Shown in pieces: positions 48,646 through 59,800 of a stretch of 64,000 bases of DNA. The DNA comes from Candidatus Latescibacterota bacterium (GTDB taxonomy: Bacteria; Latescibacterota; UBA2968; GCA-2709665), in contig CBDCOX010000002.1 of assembly GCA_965219995.1 (NCBI GenBank), forward strand, positions 5,120,001-5,184,000. The letters run 5' to 3'. The notes under the pieces were generated by a model. It was not told where the DNA came from. It made no database searches and saw only the letters and a list, made by a program, of their open reading frames with translations. The position numbers and the translations under genes were made by a program. The first letter of the stretch is position 1, and the number at the start of each line of letters is the position of its first letter.

Positions 48646-49968
48646 ATGAACCGAACTGAGCTCGCCGAACTGATTCGGAACGGCGAAAACTCGGGCGTCG
48701 AGTTCAAACGCGACGACGTGACGCCGCGAAGCCTGGCCAAGGAAATGGCCGCGCTGCTCAATCTCGAGGGTGGCCGTATCCTGCTGGGCGTCGAGGCGGA
48801 TGGCGGCGTCTCCGGCCTGACCCGGGAGCCCGGGAAAAGCGAGGAATGGGTGATGGAGGCAGCGCGGACCCATCTACGGCCGTCGGCCACCCCGTTCTGG
48901 GAAACCGTCTCCTGGACCGATTCCACAACGGTAGGGATCGTCTCCGTTCCCGCCGACGCACCCGACAAGCCCTACAAGTATAAGCGTGGTTCGGCATGGG
49001 TTACGCAGATCCGTGCCGGTACGACGTCACGCGATGCAACCGACGAAGAAGAAGCACGCCTGTACATGCAGTCGGGACGCCTGCAATACGACCGCAAGCC
49101 CGTTCCAGGCACCGGCCTCGAAGACTTGGACATGCGCAGGCTGGTGAACTACTTCCGCGACATGCGCAGGCAGTCCTGCCCCGCTGCCCACGACCACGCG
49201 GCATGGACCCGGCTGCTCGTCAACACCGAGCTCATGCAAGTGGATCGCGGACGCGCGATGCCCAGTGCAGGCGGAATGCTGCTCTTTGGCCCGCGGCCCC
49301 AAAGACACCTACCTCAGGCCGGAATCAGCGCGGCCGCCTACACCGGGACCGAAAAGGACTACGACGCCAGGGCGCGGGCAACCCTGCGGGGCCCCGCGGT
49401 TTCCCTGTACCCGGCCCCGAGCACCGAACCCGGGCACCTTCAGTCGGAGTTGCCGGTTTCCTTTTCGGAAGCCGACAACGCCGTTGAAGACGGGGTCATC
49501 GGGCAAGCGATGGATTTCGTACGCCGCAACATCGAGATCGAAGCCTCGATAGACAGTGGCGGCAGGCGCGTGGAGCGTTGGGACTATCCGATCGAGGCCG
49601 TTCGCGAGGCCATCGTGAACGCCGTCGCGCACCGCGACTACACCATCAGCGTGATGGACATCGAACTCTCGATCTACTCGGACCGGCTGGAGATCATCTC
49701 CCCCGGCCGATTGCCGAACACCGTCACCGTGGAGAAGATGCGCGCAGGCTACCGCGCTTCCCGCAACGAGCTGATCAAGGAGGTGTTGCGGGACTACCGG
49801 TATGTCGAGGCAACCGGTCTGGGCGTGCCGCGCAAGATCGTCGCAAGCATGGCAGCGCACAACGGCACGGATCCCGATCTCGTCGAGGAAGAAAGCCGTT
49901 TCGTCGTGCGTCTGTGGAAGCACCGCCGCGATCCGACCGCCGGCGATCGACCCGCGGGAGCGGCATAG
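48646..49968 (+). CDS. AlbA_2 (Schlafen-like) plus HATPase_c_4 ATP-binding protein
   Basis: GENSGVEFK, AALLNLEGGRILLGV, AVREAIVNAVAHRDY, DRLEIISPG, EATGLGV. Confidence 0.92.
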   Translation: MNRTELAELIRNGENSGVEFKRDDVTPRSLAKEMAALLNLEGGRILLGVEADGGVSGLTREPGKSEEWVMEAARTHLRPSATPFWETVSWTDSTTVGIVSVPADAPDKPYKYKRGSAWVTQIRAGTTSRDATDEEEARLYMQSGRLQYDRKPVPGTGLEDLDMRRLVNYFRDMRRQSCPAAHDHAAWTRLLVNTELMQVDRGRAMPSAGGMLLFGPRPQRHLPQAGISAAAYTGTEKDYDARARATLRGPAVSLYPAPSTEPGHLQSELPVSFSEADNAVEDGVIGQAMDFVRRNIEIEASIDSGGRRVERWDYPIEAVREAIVNAVAHRDYTISVMDIELSIYSDRLEIISPGRLPNTVTVEKMRAGYRASRNELIKEVLRDYRYVEATGLGVPRKIVASMAAHNGTDPDLVEEESRFVVRLWKHRRDPTAGDRPAGAA

Positions 49969-50061
49969 TGACCATCGCGAGCCAAGAGGTTCGGCAGGCT
50001 CACGCCGGCATCTGTAGCGGTGCCGTCACTCGCGCAGCAAACTACATTAGCACGCTGTTGA

Positions 50062-50300
50062 TCACGCCCCGTCGATGACCATTGTTCTGGCCGGGAGACG
50101 TACCCCGCCGCGTCCGACGCCAGGAACATCGGGCACTCCGCCACGTCGTCCGCCGAGCCGATCCCTTCGAGGGGTACCGCGTTGCCGCGCGACTCGCGTG
50201 TCGCGGGATCCCGGTAGAACCGAGCAGCCACCCGCGCCGATGAACCCCGGCGTGATCGAGTTGACGCGGATGCCATAGACATGCGTGTAGTACCCTTCAA
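50062..50300 (-). pseudogene. SDR oxidoreductase C-terminal fragment, frameshifted
   Basis: YGIRVNSITPGFI and VPLEGIGSADDVAECPMFLASDAAGYVS lie in different frames. Confidence 0.7.
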
Positions 50301-50389
50301 ACGTCAGGTTCGCGAACGACTCGCTGGACATGACAGGGACCGACGACGCGACCGAAGCTCCGAATCAACACCCCCCAAAAGGAGACCTC

Positions 50390-51157
50390 ATGCAACTCGA
50401 CTTCACCGACAAACGCGTCCTCGTCACCGGCGGCACTCGCGGCATCGGCCGGGCGATCGTCGAAGCCTTCCTCGACGCCGGCGCGCGCGTCGCGGTCAAC
50501 GGCAGCACCGGGGAGACCACCGGGAAGGCGGTCGCCGAACTCGACGGCGGCGACCGCGTCGTCGCGGCACCGGGCTCCGTCGGGCCCGAAGCGGCCTGCA
50601 AGTCGATCGTCGACGCCGCCGTCGGCGGGCTCGGCGGGCTCGACGTGCTCGTCAACAACGCCGGCGTCGGAGGCGGCGGGCCCGTGGAGAAGACCGAGGA
50701 GGCGGACTGGGACCGGGTCGTCGACATCAATCTCAAGGGCGTCTTCTTCATGACCAAGCACGCGGTCCCGCATCTGCGAGAGTCGCGCGGCAACATCATC
50801 AACGTCTCTTCGGTGCTGGGGCTGGTCGGTAGCCCGTACGGCTCGCCCTACTCGGCGTCGAAGGCCGGCGTCATCAGCCTGACCCGTTCCCATGCGCTCG
50901 AGTTCGGCAGGGCGAAGATTCGCGTCAACGCGGTCGTTCCGGGGGGCGTCGACACGGACATGCTGCGCGGCCTGGCGCTCAGCTTCGCCGACACCGTGGA
51001 GGCGGGCTACGAGATTCTCGCGAAGGACGCCAAGGCGCAGCGCCGCATCGCCGACCCCAGCGAAATCGCCGGCCCGGTGCTGTATCTCGCCTCGGAGCTC
51101 GCGAGCTTCGTGACCGGCGCCACCCACGTCGTGGACGGCGGCGAAGTCATCGACTGA
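50390..51157 (+). CDS. SDR family oxidoreductase
   Basis: TGGTRGIG, LVNNAG, YSASK, IRVNAVVPG, VDGG. Confidence 0.93.
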   Translation: MQLDFTDKRVLVTGGTRGIGRAIVEAFLDAGARVAVNGSTGETTGKAVAELDGGDRVVAAPGSVGPEAACKSIVDAAVGGLGGLDVLVNNAGVGGGGPVEKTEEADWDRVVDINLKGVFFMTKHAVPHLRESRGNIINVSSVLGLVGSPYGSPYSASKAGVISLTRSHALEFGRAKIRVNAVVPGGVDTDMLRGLALSFADTVEAGYEILAKDAKAQRRIADPSEIAGPVLYLASELASFVTGATHVVDGGEVID

Positions 51158-51860
51158 CGAAGTCGTAGTTCAGGATCCCGTCGCTGTGCGTGCTGACGCG
51201 CCAGCCGGGCGGGTCGCCGCGTTCCGGTTCGATGGGGCCGAGAGGCATGCGGCGGCCGCCGATCAGAACTTCCCGGATCCGTGACCGGTCGACCAGGACG
51301 GTCACGTCCTCGGACGGGTCCCCGTCGACGATCACGAGATCCGCGAGGCGCCCCGCCTCGACCGCTCCGGTCTCCCCGTCGAGCCGCAACGCCAGGGCGC
51401 AGGCGCTCGTGCCGGCCCGGATCGCCTCCAGCGGCGTGAAGTCGAGGTCCCGGACGAATGTCTCGAGTTCCCGATAGTGCCAGTCCCCGTACGGGGTCGG
51501 CGAGAAGCCGCTCTCCGTCCCGCACAGCAGCGGTACGCCCTCGCTGCGGGCGCGCTTCAGCATCGCCGCGCTGTCCTCGATCTCCCGCCGGAAGATCTCC
51601 TGCAGGCCCGGCGACGCGCGGACCGCCTCCCCGTGGTCGGCGAGGTTCGCCTGGAAGGTGAAGGTCGGGACGATGGGCACCCGCGCCTCGATGACGGCTT
51701 CGAGGGCCTCCTCGTCCATGTACGTCGCGTGCAGGATCAGGTCGAAGCCGGCCCGGGCGATGTTGCGCACGCTGGTGGCGCCCCGGCAATGCCCGACGAC
51801 GGGCGTGTCGAGTTCATGGGCCGTGTCCGCGACGAGGCGCAGTTCGTCGAAGTTCCACAC
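51147..51860 (-). pseudogene. Amidohydrolase (prolidase-like), C-terminal half only
   Basis: VVGHCRG, ILHAT, CGTESG, GAVEAGRLADLVIVDGDP; N-terminal HxH half absent with only ~100 nt to the upstream gene. Confidence 0.75.
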
Positions 51861-51961
51861 CTGCAGCCGAAGGGGGGAACGCCAACACTTCCTTACGCGT
51901 CAGCGGCCGAGGGAGCTTCCCCGGCTGAAGGCTCCCGGGCATCGGGAGCCCGCGCGACGGA

Positions 51962-53401
51962 TTACGCCGCCAGCTCGACCCGCGCCTCGTCCTCGATGCG
52001 CGTGCCCTTGAAGAAGTCCGAGTTCGGCCCGCCGTACAACTGCACGGAATGGGTGAAGGCGAAGTTGCGGAAGTCCGCCTCGTCGATCAAGTCGTACTCC
52101 AACTGCTCGTACGCTTCGGCGGCGGCGTGCCCCATGTCCGTCACGTCCCAGTGCCCGAGGTCGAAGCTCATGATCGCCCGCACCTGCTCGCCGAACGGGT
52201 TGGCCTTGCGGTTGAACGCGAAGCACGCGTGCGGATCGTCGGACTCGCAGCCGAAGTAGAAGTTCGGGATGAAGCGTTCCGGGATGTCTTCCGCCTTCGA
52301 GACGCCCATGGCGGCGAAGTCGTCCCGCACCTCCGGCGGAATGTCATGCCCGTCCATGCCGAGCGCGCGCGGCAGCTGCTCGAGCGTCGCCCGGGTGCCT
52401 CCGTCGCCGTACCGCTCGAAGAGCCCCTTCGCCTGCTCCAGGTCGATGTTGGCCGGGTTCAGGTTCTCGAGGGCCTGCACGTTGCGTTTCTTCCAACGGC
52501 CGACGATGTCCGCGTACAAGCGCGTCCCGCTGACGACGCCGCCCTCGAGCAGGGCGACCCGCAGGTCGGGGAAGCGATACGTCACGCCTCCCATCAGCAG
52601 GCTCTTGGCCAGCACCTCGCCGGCCGCGGCAAAGTGCCCCATATGGTTGTGCATGTAGTTCGAAATGGAACTGCGTTCGTGGAATCCCATGCCGCCGGAG
52701 TGCGCGGCCACCGGGAACCCGAGTTCCACGCACCGCGCCCAGAACGGGTCGTAGTCGTGCTCGCTGTCGACGGACAGGTTGTCGAGCCAGAACACCTCGT
52801 TCGCCAGCTCCGGATACTCCCGCGCCACCCGCGGGACCGGCCGGCGGACGTAGGACGGGATCATCGCCACCTTGAGCCCGAGGGCCCGGGCGTGCTCCAG
52901 CTCCCGGATGCCCTCTTCCGGGGTGTGCAGCGGCACCGCCGCCGCCACCGTCATGCGATCGCCGTACTCGGCGTACGCCGCGGCCGCGTACTCGTTGTAC
53001 GCATGGCAGACCAGTTGGCGGAACTCGTCGTCGGGGATGCCGTGGAAGAACAGCCCCGTGGTCGGATACAGGACCGCGTAATCGAGCCCGAAGTCGTCCA
53101 TCCGCTCGTGGTAGAGCTTCGGCAGCATCGCGGTGCAGCGGTCCAGCGTGTTCTTCGTCGGCAACGCCCACCACGGTCCGCGGATCGCCCGGTTGTCCTT
53201 CCGCTCTTCCCAGTTCATCTGGTACCAGCCGGGGCCGCTACGCCCGCCCCGCATGTGGGTGGCGAAATCGGTGACGGCGTCCTCGCCGCCCGCGGCCTTG
53301 ATGAAGTCCATCAGGACCGGCGTGTATTCGATGATGTGCGAGTCGCCGTCGATCAGCGGATGATCGAGCTTGGCGCGGATTTGCGCTGAGGCCGTCGTCA
53401 T
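51962..53401 (-). CDS. Amidohydrolase family protein
   Basis: LIDGDSHIIE, AVLYPT, YDPFW, LLEGG, FYFGCESDD, SFDLGHWDV. Confidence 0.88.
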   Translation of the reverse strand: MTTASAQIRAKLDHPLIDGDSHIIEYTPVLMDFIKAAGGEDAVTDFATHMRGGRSGPGWYQMNWEERKDNRAIRGPWWALPTKNTLDRCTAMLPKLYHERMDDFGLDYAVLYPTTGLFFHGIPDDEFRQLVCHAYNEYAAAAYAEYGDRMTVAAAVPLHTPEEGIRELEHARALGLKVAMIPSYVRRPVPRVAREYPELANEVFWLDNLSVDSEHDYDPFWARCVELGFPVAAHSGGMGFHERSSISNYMHNHMGHFAAAGEVLAKSLLMGGVTYRFPDLRVALLEGGVVSGTRLYADIVGRWKKRNVQALENLNPANIDLEQAKGLFERYGDGGTRATLEQLPRALGMDGHDIPPEVRDDFAAMGVSKAEDIPERFIPNFYFGCESDDPHACFAFNRKANPFGEQVRAIMSFDLGHWDVTDMGHAAAEAYEQLEYDLIDEADFRNFAFTHSVQLYGGPNSDFFKGTRIEDEARVELAA

Positions 53402-53553
53402 TCTCTTTCCCTCTTGTCCCCTCGTCGCCCGAGTGTACTACGGAGGCAGCAACGCGCCCGCCGGCCCCAGCGGCGCTGCTTCCGCGCCCGGACAAGGGCG
53501 ATCCGCACGCCATGTGCCAGAATCACGACCCCACCGGAGCGGGCCGGAAAGAA

Positions 53554-55209
53554 ATGAAGTGGATTGCGGGAGTTGCGTTGGCGCTGGTCGTGCTGCTGGG
53601 CGCCGGCTGGATTTTCAGGGCGGAGATCGCCCTCTTCGGCATCGGTCTCATGACCACCTCCCAGCAGGACATCGGCCCGACACGGGAGATCAACTGGTCC
53701 ACCGGCGTGGATAGCGAGGGGCGCGACCCCGCCAGTCGCCCGCCCAACATCGTACTGATACTGGCCGATGACCTGGGATGGAACGATGTATCCATGAACG
53801 GCGCGAACCCGACTGTCCCGACCCCGCACATCGATGCGCTGGCGGCAGGGGGAGTGACCTTCTCGCAGGGCTACGCCGCCAACGCGACCTGCGCGCCCTC
53901 GCGGGCGGCACTGATGTCCGGGCGCTACGGCACCCGCTTTGGTTTCGAGTTCACGCCCACGCCCTCAGGCTTCATGCCCATCGTCAGCCTGGTCGGCGGC
54001 ACGATGGACCGGCCGCTACTGCCGGCCGCGGTGCCGAACCCCGAGGCGTCCAGCCTCGGCTTCAGCGAGATGGGCATGCCACCCTCGGAGATCACCCTGG
54101 CCGAACTGCTGGCCGAACGGGGCTATCACACGGCGCACATCGGCAAGTGGCACCTGGGGGGCGCCAACGGCATGGCCGCCCATCACCAGGGATTCGCCGA
54201 AAGCCTGCTGATGGCCAGTGGCCTGTACGGACGGCGCGACGACGAGGATGTGATCCAGGCAAGGCAGGACTTCGACCCGATCGACCGGTTTCTCTGGGCC
54301 GTCCTGAGCTTCGCCGCCAGTTTCAACGGCGGCCCCCTGTTCGAGCCGCCGAAGTACCTCACGGATTACTACACGGACGAGGCGGTCAAGGTCATCGAGG
54401 CCAACAGGGATCGTCCCTTCTTCCTGTACCTGGCGCACTGGGCGCCCCACACGCCGCTGCAGGCGACCCGGGAAGACTATGAAGCGCTGTCGGGTATCGA
54501 ACTGCACCGCGAACGGGTGTACGCCGCAATGATCCGGTCCCTCGACCGGGGCGTGGGCAGGGTGATGGAGGCCCTCAAGGCCAATGGCCTGGACGAGAAC
54601 ACGCTGGTGATGTTCACGTCCGACAACGGCGGCGCCGGCTACATCGGCCTGCCGGATGTGAACGACCCGTACCGAGGCTGGAAGATCACCCTGTTCGAGG
54701 GCGGCATCCGGGTCCCCTTCCTGGCGCGTTGGCCGGCGAGACTGCCCGCCGGTGCGACCTATGATGCGCCGGTTCATCACTTCGACATGTTTGCCACCGC
54801 CGCGGCTGCGGCCGGCGCCGACCTGCCGACGGACCGGGTGATGGACGGCGTCGACTTGACGGGATTCGTGACCGGCGTCGACACGACGGCGGCGCCACAC
54901 GACTACCTCTTCTTCCGCAGCGGCGCCGCGCAGGCGGTTCGGGATGCGCGTTGGAAGCTGGTGGTGAGTGCACCACGGGGCCTGCCCCGCAAGGAATGGC
55001 TGTTCGACCTCACCGGCGAAGGGGAGTGGACCGATCTCCTGGCAGAGCACCCGGAAGTCGCCGATCGGCTGCGCGGCGTGCTTGAGGCCCACAACGGCGA
55101 GCAGGCCGAGCCGCGCTGGCCCTGGACCGTGACGACGGTCGTCAACGTCGACCGCGACCTGTCGCAGGAGGACCAGCCGGGCGATGAGTTTGCGTACTGG
55201 AGCAACTAG
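53554..55209 (+). CDS. Sulfatase (formylglycine-dependent)
   Basis: PNIVLILADDLG, CAPSRAALMSGRY (CxPxR), IGKWHLG, SDNGG, FEGGIRVP. Confidence 0.94.
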   Translation: MKWIAGVALALVVLLGAGWIFRAEIALFGIGLMTTSQQDIGPTREINWSTGVDSEGRDPASRPPNIVLILADDLGWNDVSMNGANPTVPTPHIDALAAGGVTFSQGYAANATCAPSRAALMSGRYGTRFGFEFTPTPSGFMPIVSLVGGTMDRPLLPAAVPNPEASSLGFSEMGMPPSEITLAELLAERGYHTAHIGKWHLGGANGMAAHHQGFAESLLMASGLYGRRDDEDVIQARQDFDPIDRFLWAVLSFAASFNGGPLFEPPKYLTDYYTDEAVKVIEANRDRPFFLYLAHWAPHTPLQATREDYEALSGIELHRERVYAAMIRSLDRGVGRVMEALKANGLDENTLVMFTSDNGGAGYIGLPDVNDPYRGWKITLFEGGIRVPFLARWPARLPAGATYDAPVHHFDMFATAAAAAGADLPTDRVMDGVDLTGFVTGVDTTAAPHDYLFFRSGAAQAVRDARWKLVVSAPRGLPRKEWLFDLTGEGEWTDLLAEHPEVADRLRGVLEAHNGEQAEPRWPWTVTTVVNVDRDLSQEDQPGDEFAYWSN

Positions 55210-55212
55210 CTG

Positions 55213-55641
55213 ATGAAGGTACTGAAGTGGTTGGGAGTCCTGTTCGGGATCTACGTGGTTTTCGTTCTACTGTTCGAGTTCGTCTATCTCGGGTACATGC
55301 AACCCAGCTTCGAGGAAGCCGGGATTCCGATGCTGGACATCACGACGACGGACGGCAGGGGCGAAGCCCGGGTACGCAGGTTGGCGCGGTTCGAGTCGGA
55401 AAACGGCAGTACCTACGTCTCGGCCCACCACTGGCCCCGCGGCTGGTACCACGAGCTGATGGTCAATCCCCGGGTCACGGTCGAGATCGATGGCGTAGCC
55501 GCCGAGTACATGGCGGTGGCCGTCGAAGGTGAGGAGTTCGACCGGATCGCCGCGGAGTTCCCGCTGGGCTTCGTCGTTCGGTTCCTCATGGGTTTCCCGC
55601 CGGAGCGAGACATCGTCCGCCTCGATCCCGCGGCCGGCTGA
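55213..55641 (+). CDS. Nitroreductase/quinone reductase (deazaflavin-dependent-like) protein
   Basis: N-terminal TM; LDITTT, GWYHELMVNPRVTVEI, IVRLDP. Confidence 0.7.
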   Translation: MKVLKWLGVLFGIYVVFVLLFEFVYLGYMQPSFEEAGIPMLDITTTDGRGEARVRRLARFESENGSTYVSAHHWPRGWYHELMVNPRVTVEIDGVAAEYMAVAVEGEEFDRIAAEFPLGFVVRFLMGFPPERDIVRLDPAAG

Positions 55642-55695
55642 GTCCCGGGTGAGCGCCAACCCGCGCTCGGCGCAGGACCCCGGTTGTTCCCGGCG

Positions 55696-55956
55696 TCAGT
55701 CAAGTTCCTCGGGGACCGCATCGCCAGGGTCCGCCGGCGCGCCGCCATCGCGGCGCAGGATGCGCAATGCGGCATCGACATCCGCTTCGTCACGCCGCAG
55801 CGCGAAGAACTCCGCCGTTTTCATGGCGGAGACCTTCTCGGCGACGGCCATCGCAACGAACTGATTGATGCTCGTGCCCTCTTCCCGACTGATCTCGGCC
55901 ACCGCCGCCTTCAGCGAAGCGGGTAGGCGGAGCGGGTAGGTACTCGTCTGCTTCAT
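55696..55956 (-). CDS. HicB-like ribbon-helix-helix antitoxin
   Basis: YPLRLPASLKAAVAEISREEGTSINQFVAMAVAEKVSAM. Confidence 0.88.
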   Translation of the reverse strand: MKQTSTYPLRLPASLKAAVAEISREEGTSINQFVAMAVAEKVSAMKTAEFFALRRDEADVDAALRILRRDGGAPADPGDAVPEELD

Positions 55957-56125
55957 TGCCGAATCCTCCTCAATGCCTCCCGGGGGCGGATCAGTTCGAT
56001 GCCAAAACGGTGCGGCGTGTCGCCGTAGTCCCGGAGGTTGAATGTGACCAGCGTGTCGGCGTTCCCGTTGATGGCGGTCTCCAACACCATCTCGTCCGCT
56101 GGATCGCGCAGTTGCGGGCGCCGAT
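55953..56125 (-). pseudogene. PIN-family toxin, C-terminal remnant
   Basis: RPQLRDPADEMVLETAINGNADTLVTFNLRDY...IELIRPREALRRIRQ*; stop overlaps antitoxin ATG; N-terminal part missing. Confidence 0.8.
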
Positions 56126-56358
56126 CCGGCGGCCATCGAGGCGGTGCTGAAGCACTATACTTGCGTGAGATGGCTCATGCGTTGCGCTGCTCCCCATCGG
56201 GGTCTGGAAGCCGATTCGGGGATGGCATGGTGAGCGGATCGAGTCCTTCCGGGCCGGACGGGGCCTCATTTGACGAGCCCTCAGCCCGTAGGCGCTTGAT
56301 CGCAAGCCGCGAGTTGCCGGTTGCGCGCCGACGCCGGAGTCGATGAGAGGAGGAAACC

Positions 56359-56661
56359 ATGGCGGCGGGAACGATTGAATTGATTGCGCGGTTTGTTCGC
56401 GAAGCCCGCAGATTTCCCTTGACATCCGAAAAACGGCCATTCGATACAATGCTCCGCCGAGCCGAGCCGAGCCGAGCCGAGCCGAGCCGAGCCGAGCCGA
56501 GCCGAGCCGAGCCGAGCCGAGCCGAGCCGAGCCGAGCCGAGCCGAGCCGAGCCGAGCCGAGCCGAGCCGAGCCGAGCCGAGCCGAGCCGAGCCGAGCCGA
56601 GCCGAGCCGAGCCGAGCCGAGCCGAGCCCGCTACTTGGGTCTTCATGGAGCGGCCACTTAG
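56359..56661 (+). CDS. Probable true 5' segment of the downstream surface-protein gene, currently out of frame
   Basis: GAGGAGG RBS before ATG 56359; passes through (GCCGA)n and stops at 56661. Confidence 0.5.
   Translation: MAAGTIELIARFVREARRFPLTSEKRPFDTMLRRAEPSRAEPSRAEPSRAEPSRAEPSRAEPSRAEPSRAEPSRAEPSRAEPSRAEPSRARYLGLHGAAT
56456..56625. repeat. Simple sequence repeat (GCCGA)34
   Basis: 34 perfect pentamer units counted. Confidence 0.95.
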
Positions 56662-56816
56662 GGCTATCCGCCTCTCCGCCTGAGCCTTCCGCCCCCTGCC
56701 GTCTCGGCGAACGCCGGCCCGCTTCTCCCTCCAGCAGACTCGATCTTCCTGCCTCCCGCGTCCTCGCGGGCTTTCGCCGTGCCGGCCGATGCCTTTGGAG
56801 CGGTTCCCTGGCGGCC

Positions 56817-59800
56817 ATGCTGCTCTGCGCCCTCGCCGTTCCAGCCGCCGCACAAACCGTCTCCGTCCCGGCTACCCAGACAGTCGCTGAACCGGCAACG
56901 CACACCCGTGTGTCCATGACCTTCACGGGTCCCGGAGGTGATGGTGACTACGCGACACCGGAGATAGTTTCTGGGGGAACTGCGAGCGGGCGGGAAACAA
57001 ATGGGTCCATATCCTGTGCTGTCGGCGACGACTTCGTGGTGGACCGGAGTGACAATGGCATCACAATTACTGCAGGGCAGAGTACGCACACTCATGATAC
57101 CTTCACAGTCTGCGCGGACACCGTGGACGAACCGGACGAGACTTTCACCATCGGTTGGGCCACGAGTGTAGGAAACCCGTTTGACGCAAACGCCTCCAAT
57201 TGCACTAACAATTTCTATTGCACCACCACCTTCACAATCACCGACGACGACCCGACGGAGGTGAGCCTTGCGCGGGTGGGTTCGGGCGCGGTGACCGAGG
57301 GCGGCAAGATCGAGTTTACGGTGACACTGGGCCGTGCGCTGGTGGCGGGCGAGACCATAGACGTGCCGCTTTCGATCGGCGGCACGAACGTCACCGCCGA
57401 CGATTGGAGCCTTGCGCTGAAACCGGGCGCGGTCAACACCGGGGTCGCCCGGCGCATCGGGAGCGTCGTCCGCTTCTCCGGCGCGGGCGCGCGGACCGCG
57501 ACGCTGGAACTGACCGCGGTGGACGACGGCACGGCGGACCATAACGAAACCTTCGACATCGCGCTCGGCGCCAACACCGACTTCGACGACTCCAGCCTTG
57601 GCACCAACGTCGGCGGCGGCGCGGACCCGCACAACACCGACAACGCCTTCAGCGTGACTGTCAATGAGCCTCCCCCGGACGTGTCCGTACACCCCTCCGA
57701 TGCGATCGGCCGCGAAGGGGGCGGCGACTGGGCGGGGGTGGAGCTGCGTCTGGCGCGCGCCCTGGAATCGGGCGAGACCCTGACGGTCGACTACCGCATC
57801 GACATTGGTCTCGGCGCGGTGAACGAATCTCACGATGGCGTGTCGGTCACCCGCGCGGTGGCCAGCGGCGTCACGAGCGGCACGCTGACGATCACCGGCC
57901 CGAACGCCCCGCGAAACATCACTCTCCGGCTGAGACCCGCGGCCAACAGCGTGGACCGTTGGGAATCGGCCGTGAAGACGGCCGAGTTCAAACTGACGAA
58001 CGTCTCGGGCGTCTCGGGCGCCGAAGCGGTGGCGGGCGCGGACAGCGCGAAGGTCTTCGTGAACGACGGCTCGGCCAGCCGCTACACCTACATGAACGTG
58101 TCGGGCGGGTCGACCAATGCCACGACCACCCGTGTGGTCAATGGCGCGACGACCGTGCGGCTGGACGGCAGCATCGTCGAGGAGGGGGGCAGGGTGTTGG
58201 TGCTGCTGGACGGCAAGGCGGGACGGAAACGGAATGCGGGAAGGCCCTACGACCCGCACAACGTCACCGTCGGCGTGCAGCACCTCACCACCGACTTCGA
58301 CGACCTCGGCGAAGCCCACCGCGGCCACGATGCGTTCGTCGGGTTCCTGAGGCGGGATGTGGCCACGAAAACCGACTACTACAACGTGGGGGTGCTCGGC
58401 ATGGGCTTCTCCGCCGAGATGTGGATTCCGATATCAAGCGACGGCGTGGCCGAAGGCGACGAGCGCTTCCGGGTGTTCATCGCCGGGACGCCCGACTACA
58501 TGGGCGTGGAGGGCGCCTACAACGCGACGAACGACAGGGCGCCGGGCGTCGACTTCACGATCAGGGGCCAGCCGGGCGGCGGCCAGCGGGCCGAGGAGCA
58601 ACAGGCCGTGGCGCCGCCTGCGCCCTCGGAGACTGTATCCAACGTCCAGGTGACGGCCGTGGACGCCGCCAACGCAAAAGTGACCTGGGATGCGGTGGAG
58701 CACGCCACGAGCTACGAGGTGGAATACGAGACCACCAGCACCCTGGTGGATGAAGACAACTACGTGCAGGGCGTCGCGTTGGACTGGACGGACACCGAGT
58801 GGACCTTCCAGCACGACGCCGCCGAAGCCATGACGCTCACTGTTACCGTCACTCCGGCCTACGAGGACGAATACGGCGACGCGCAAGTACTCGACAATCT
58901 GGCCGGCACCGCCACCATCGACGTGGCTCCGTCGGGCGGCGGCGATTCGATCCGCGGCGGCGGTTCCACGGACAACGTGGACGCGGGAACCGGCAATACG
59001 CCGCAACAGCCCGACTACAGCGCCCTGAAGGACACGGTGCGGGGGTATGCGGAAGAAACCCAGCACGGGGACGACCATGTCAGCCGCTGGAAGCGCGCGC
59101 TGGCCGGGCTGGGGGACGAGGACGCCATTGCCGAAGGCTACACGCCCATGACGGCCGACGAGGCCCAGGACATGGCGGACACCTATTCCGCCAGCCGCTG
59201 GAACCCGATCGTGGAGGCCCTGACCGATCTGGAGTCGAGACAGAGCGCGGAGCCGGAGCCCGATCCCATTCCCGAGCTGAGCCTGTCGCCAGGCTCGGCC
59301 GTGGATGAAGGCGCCAGCGCATCGTTCACGATCCACGCCAACCCGGCGCCCGCTTCCGACGTGACGGTCAGCGTGACCGTAAGCCAGTCCGGCGATTATC
59401 TGGATTCGCCCGGCGCCGGCGCCCGCACCGTCACCCTCGCCGCAAGCTCGGCAACGTCCAGTCTCGCGGTCGCCACCGTCAACGACGGCGCCGACGAGTC
59501 CGACGGCTCGGTGAGCGTAAGCATCGATAGCGGCGCGGGCTACACCGTGGCGTCATCGAACCATACGGCTTCGGTCACGGTGCGCGATGACGACGAGCCT
59601 CCGCCGGCGAAGACCCTGGGCGCGTGCGTGAGTGTTTCCCAGTGGGATACGGTGGCTGGCTATTACGACAGCAACGCCTACCGGTCTCCGAACTACGGAG
59701 CGAACTGGTATCGCGTGCTGATCGCCTATCACGAGGACCGCGGCGACCAGACGATGCCGGACTGGGTCGGTTCCACATCGAAGCCTTCGAGTGCCTATAC

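Noticed and set aside
56419-56450. TTGACA...TACAAT promoter before the microsatellite
   Set aside because: The spacer is 20 nt, too long for a canonical sigma70 promoter; not called, though not excluded.
56456-56625. Repeat array as CRISPR
   Set aside because: Pure 5-bp tandem with no spacers and no cas genes.
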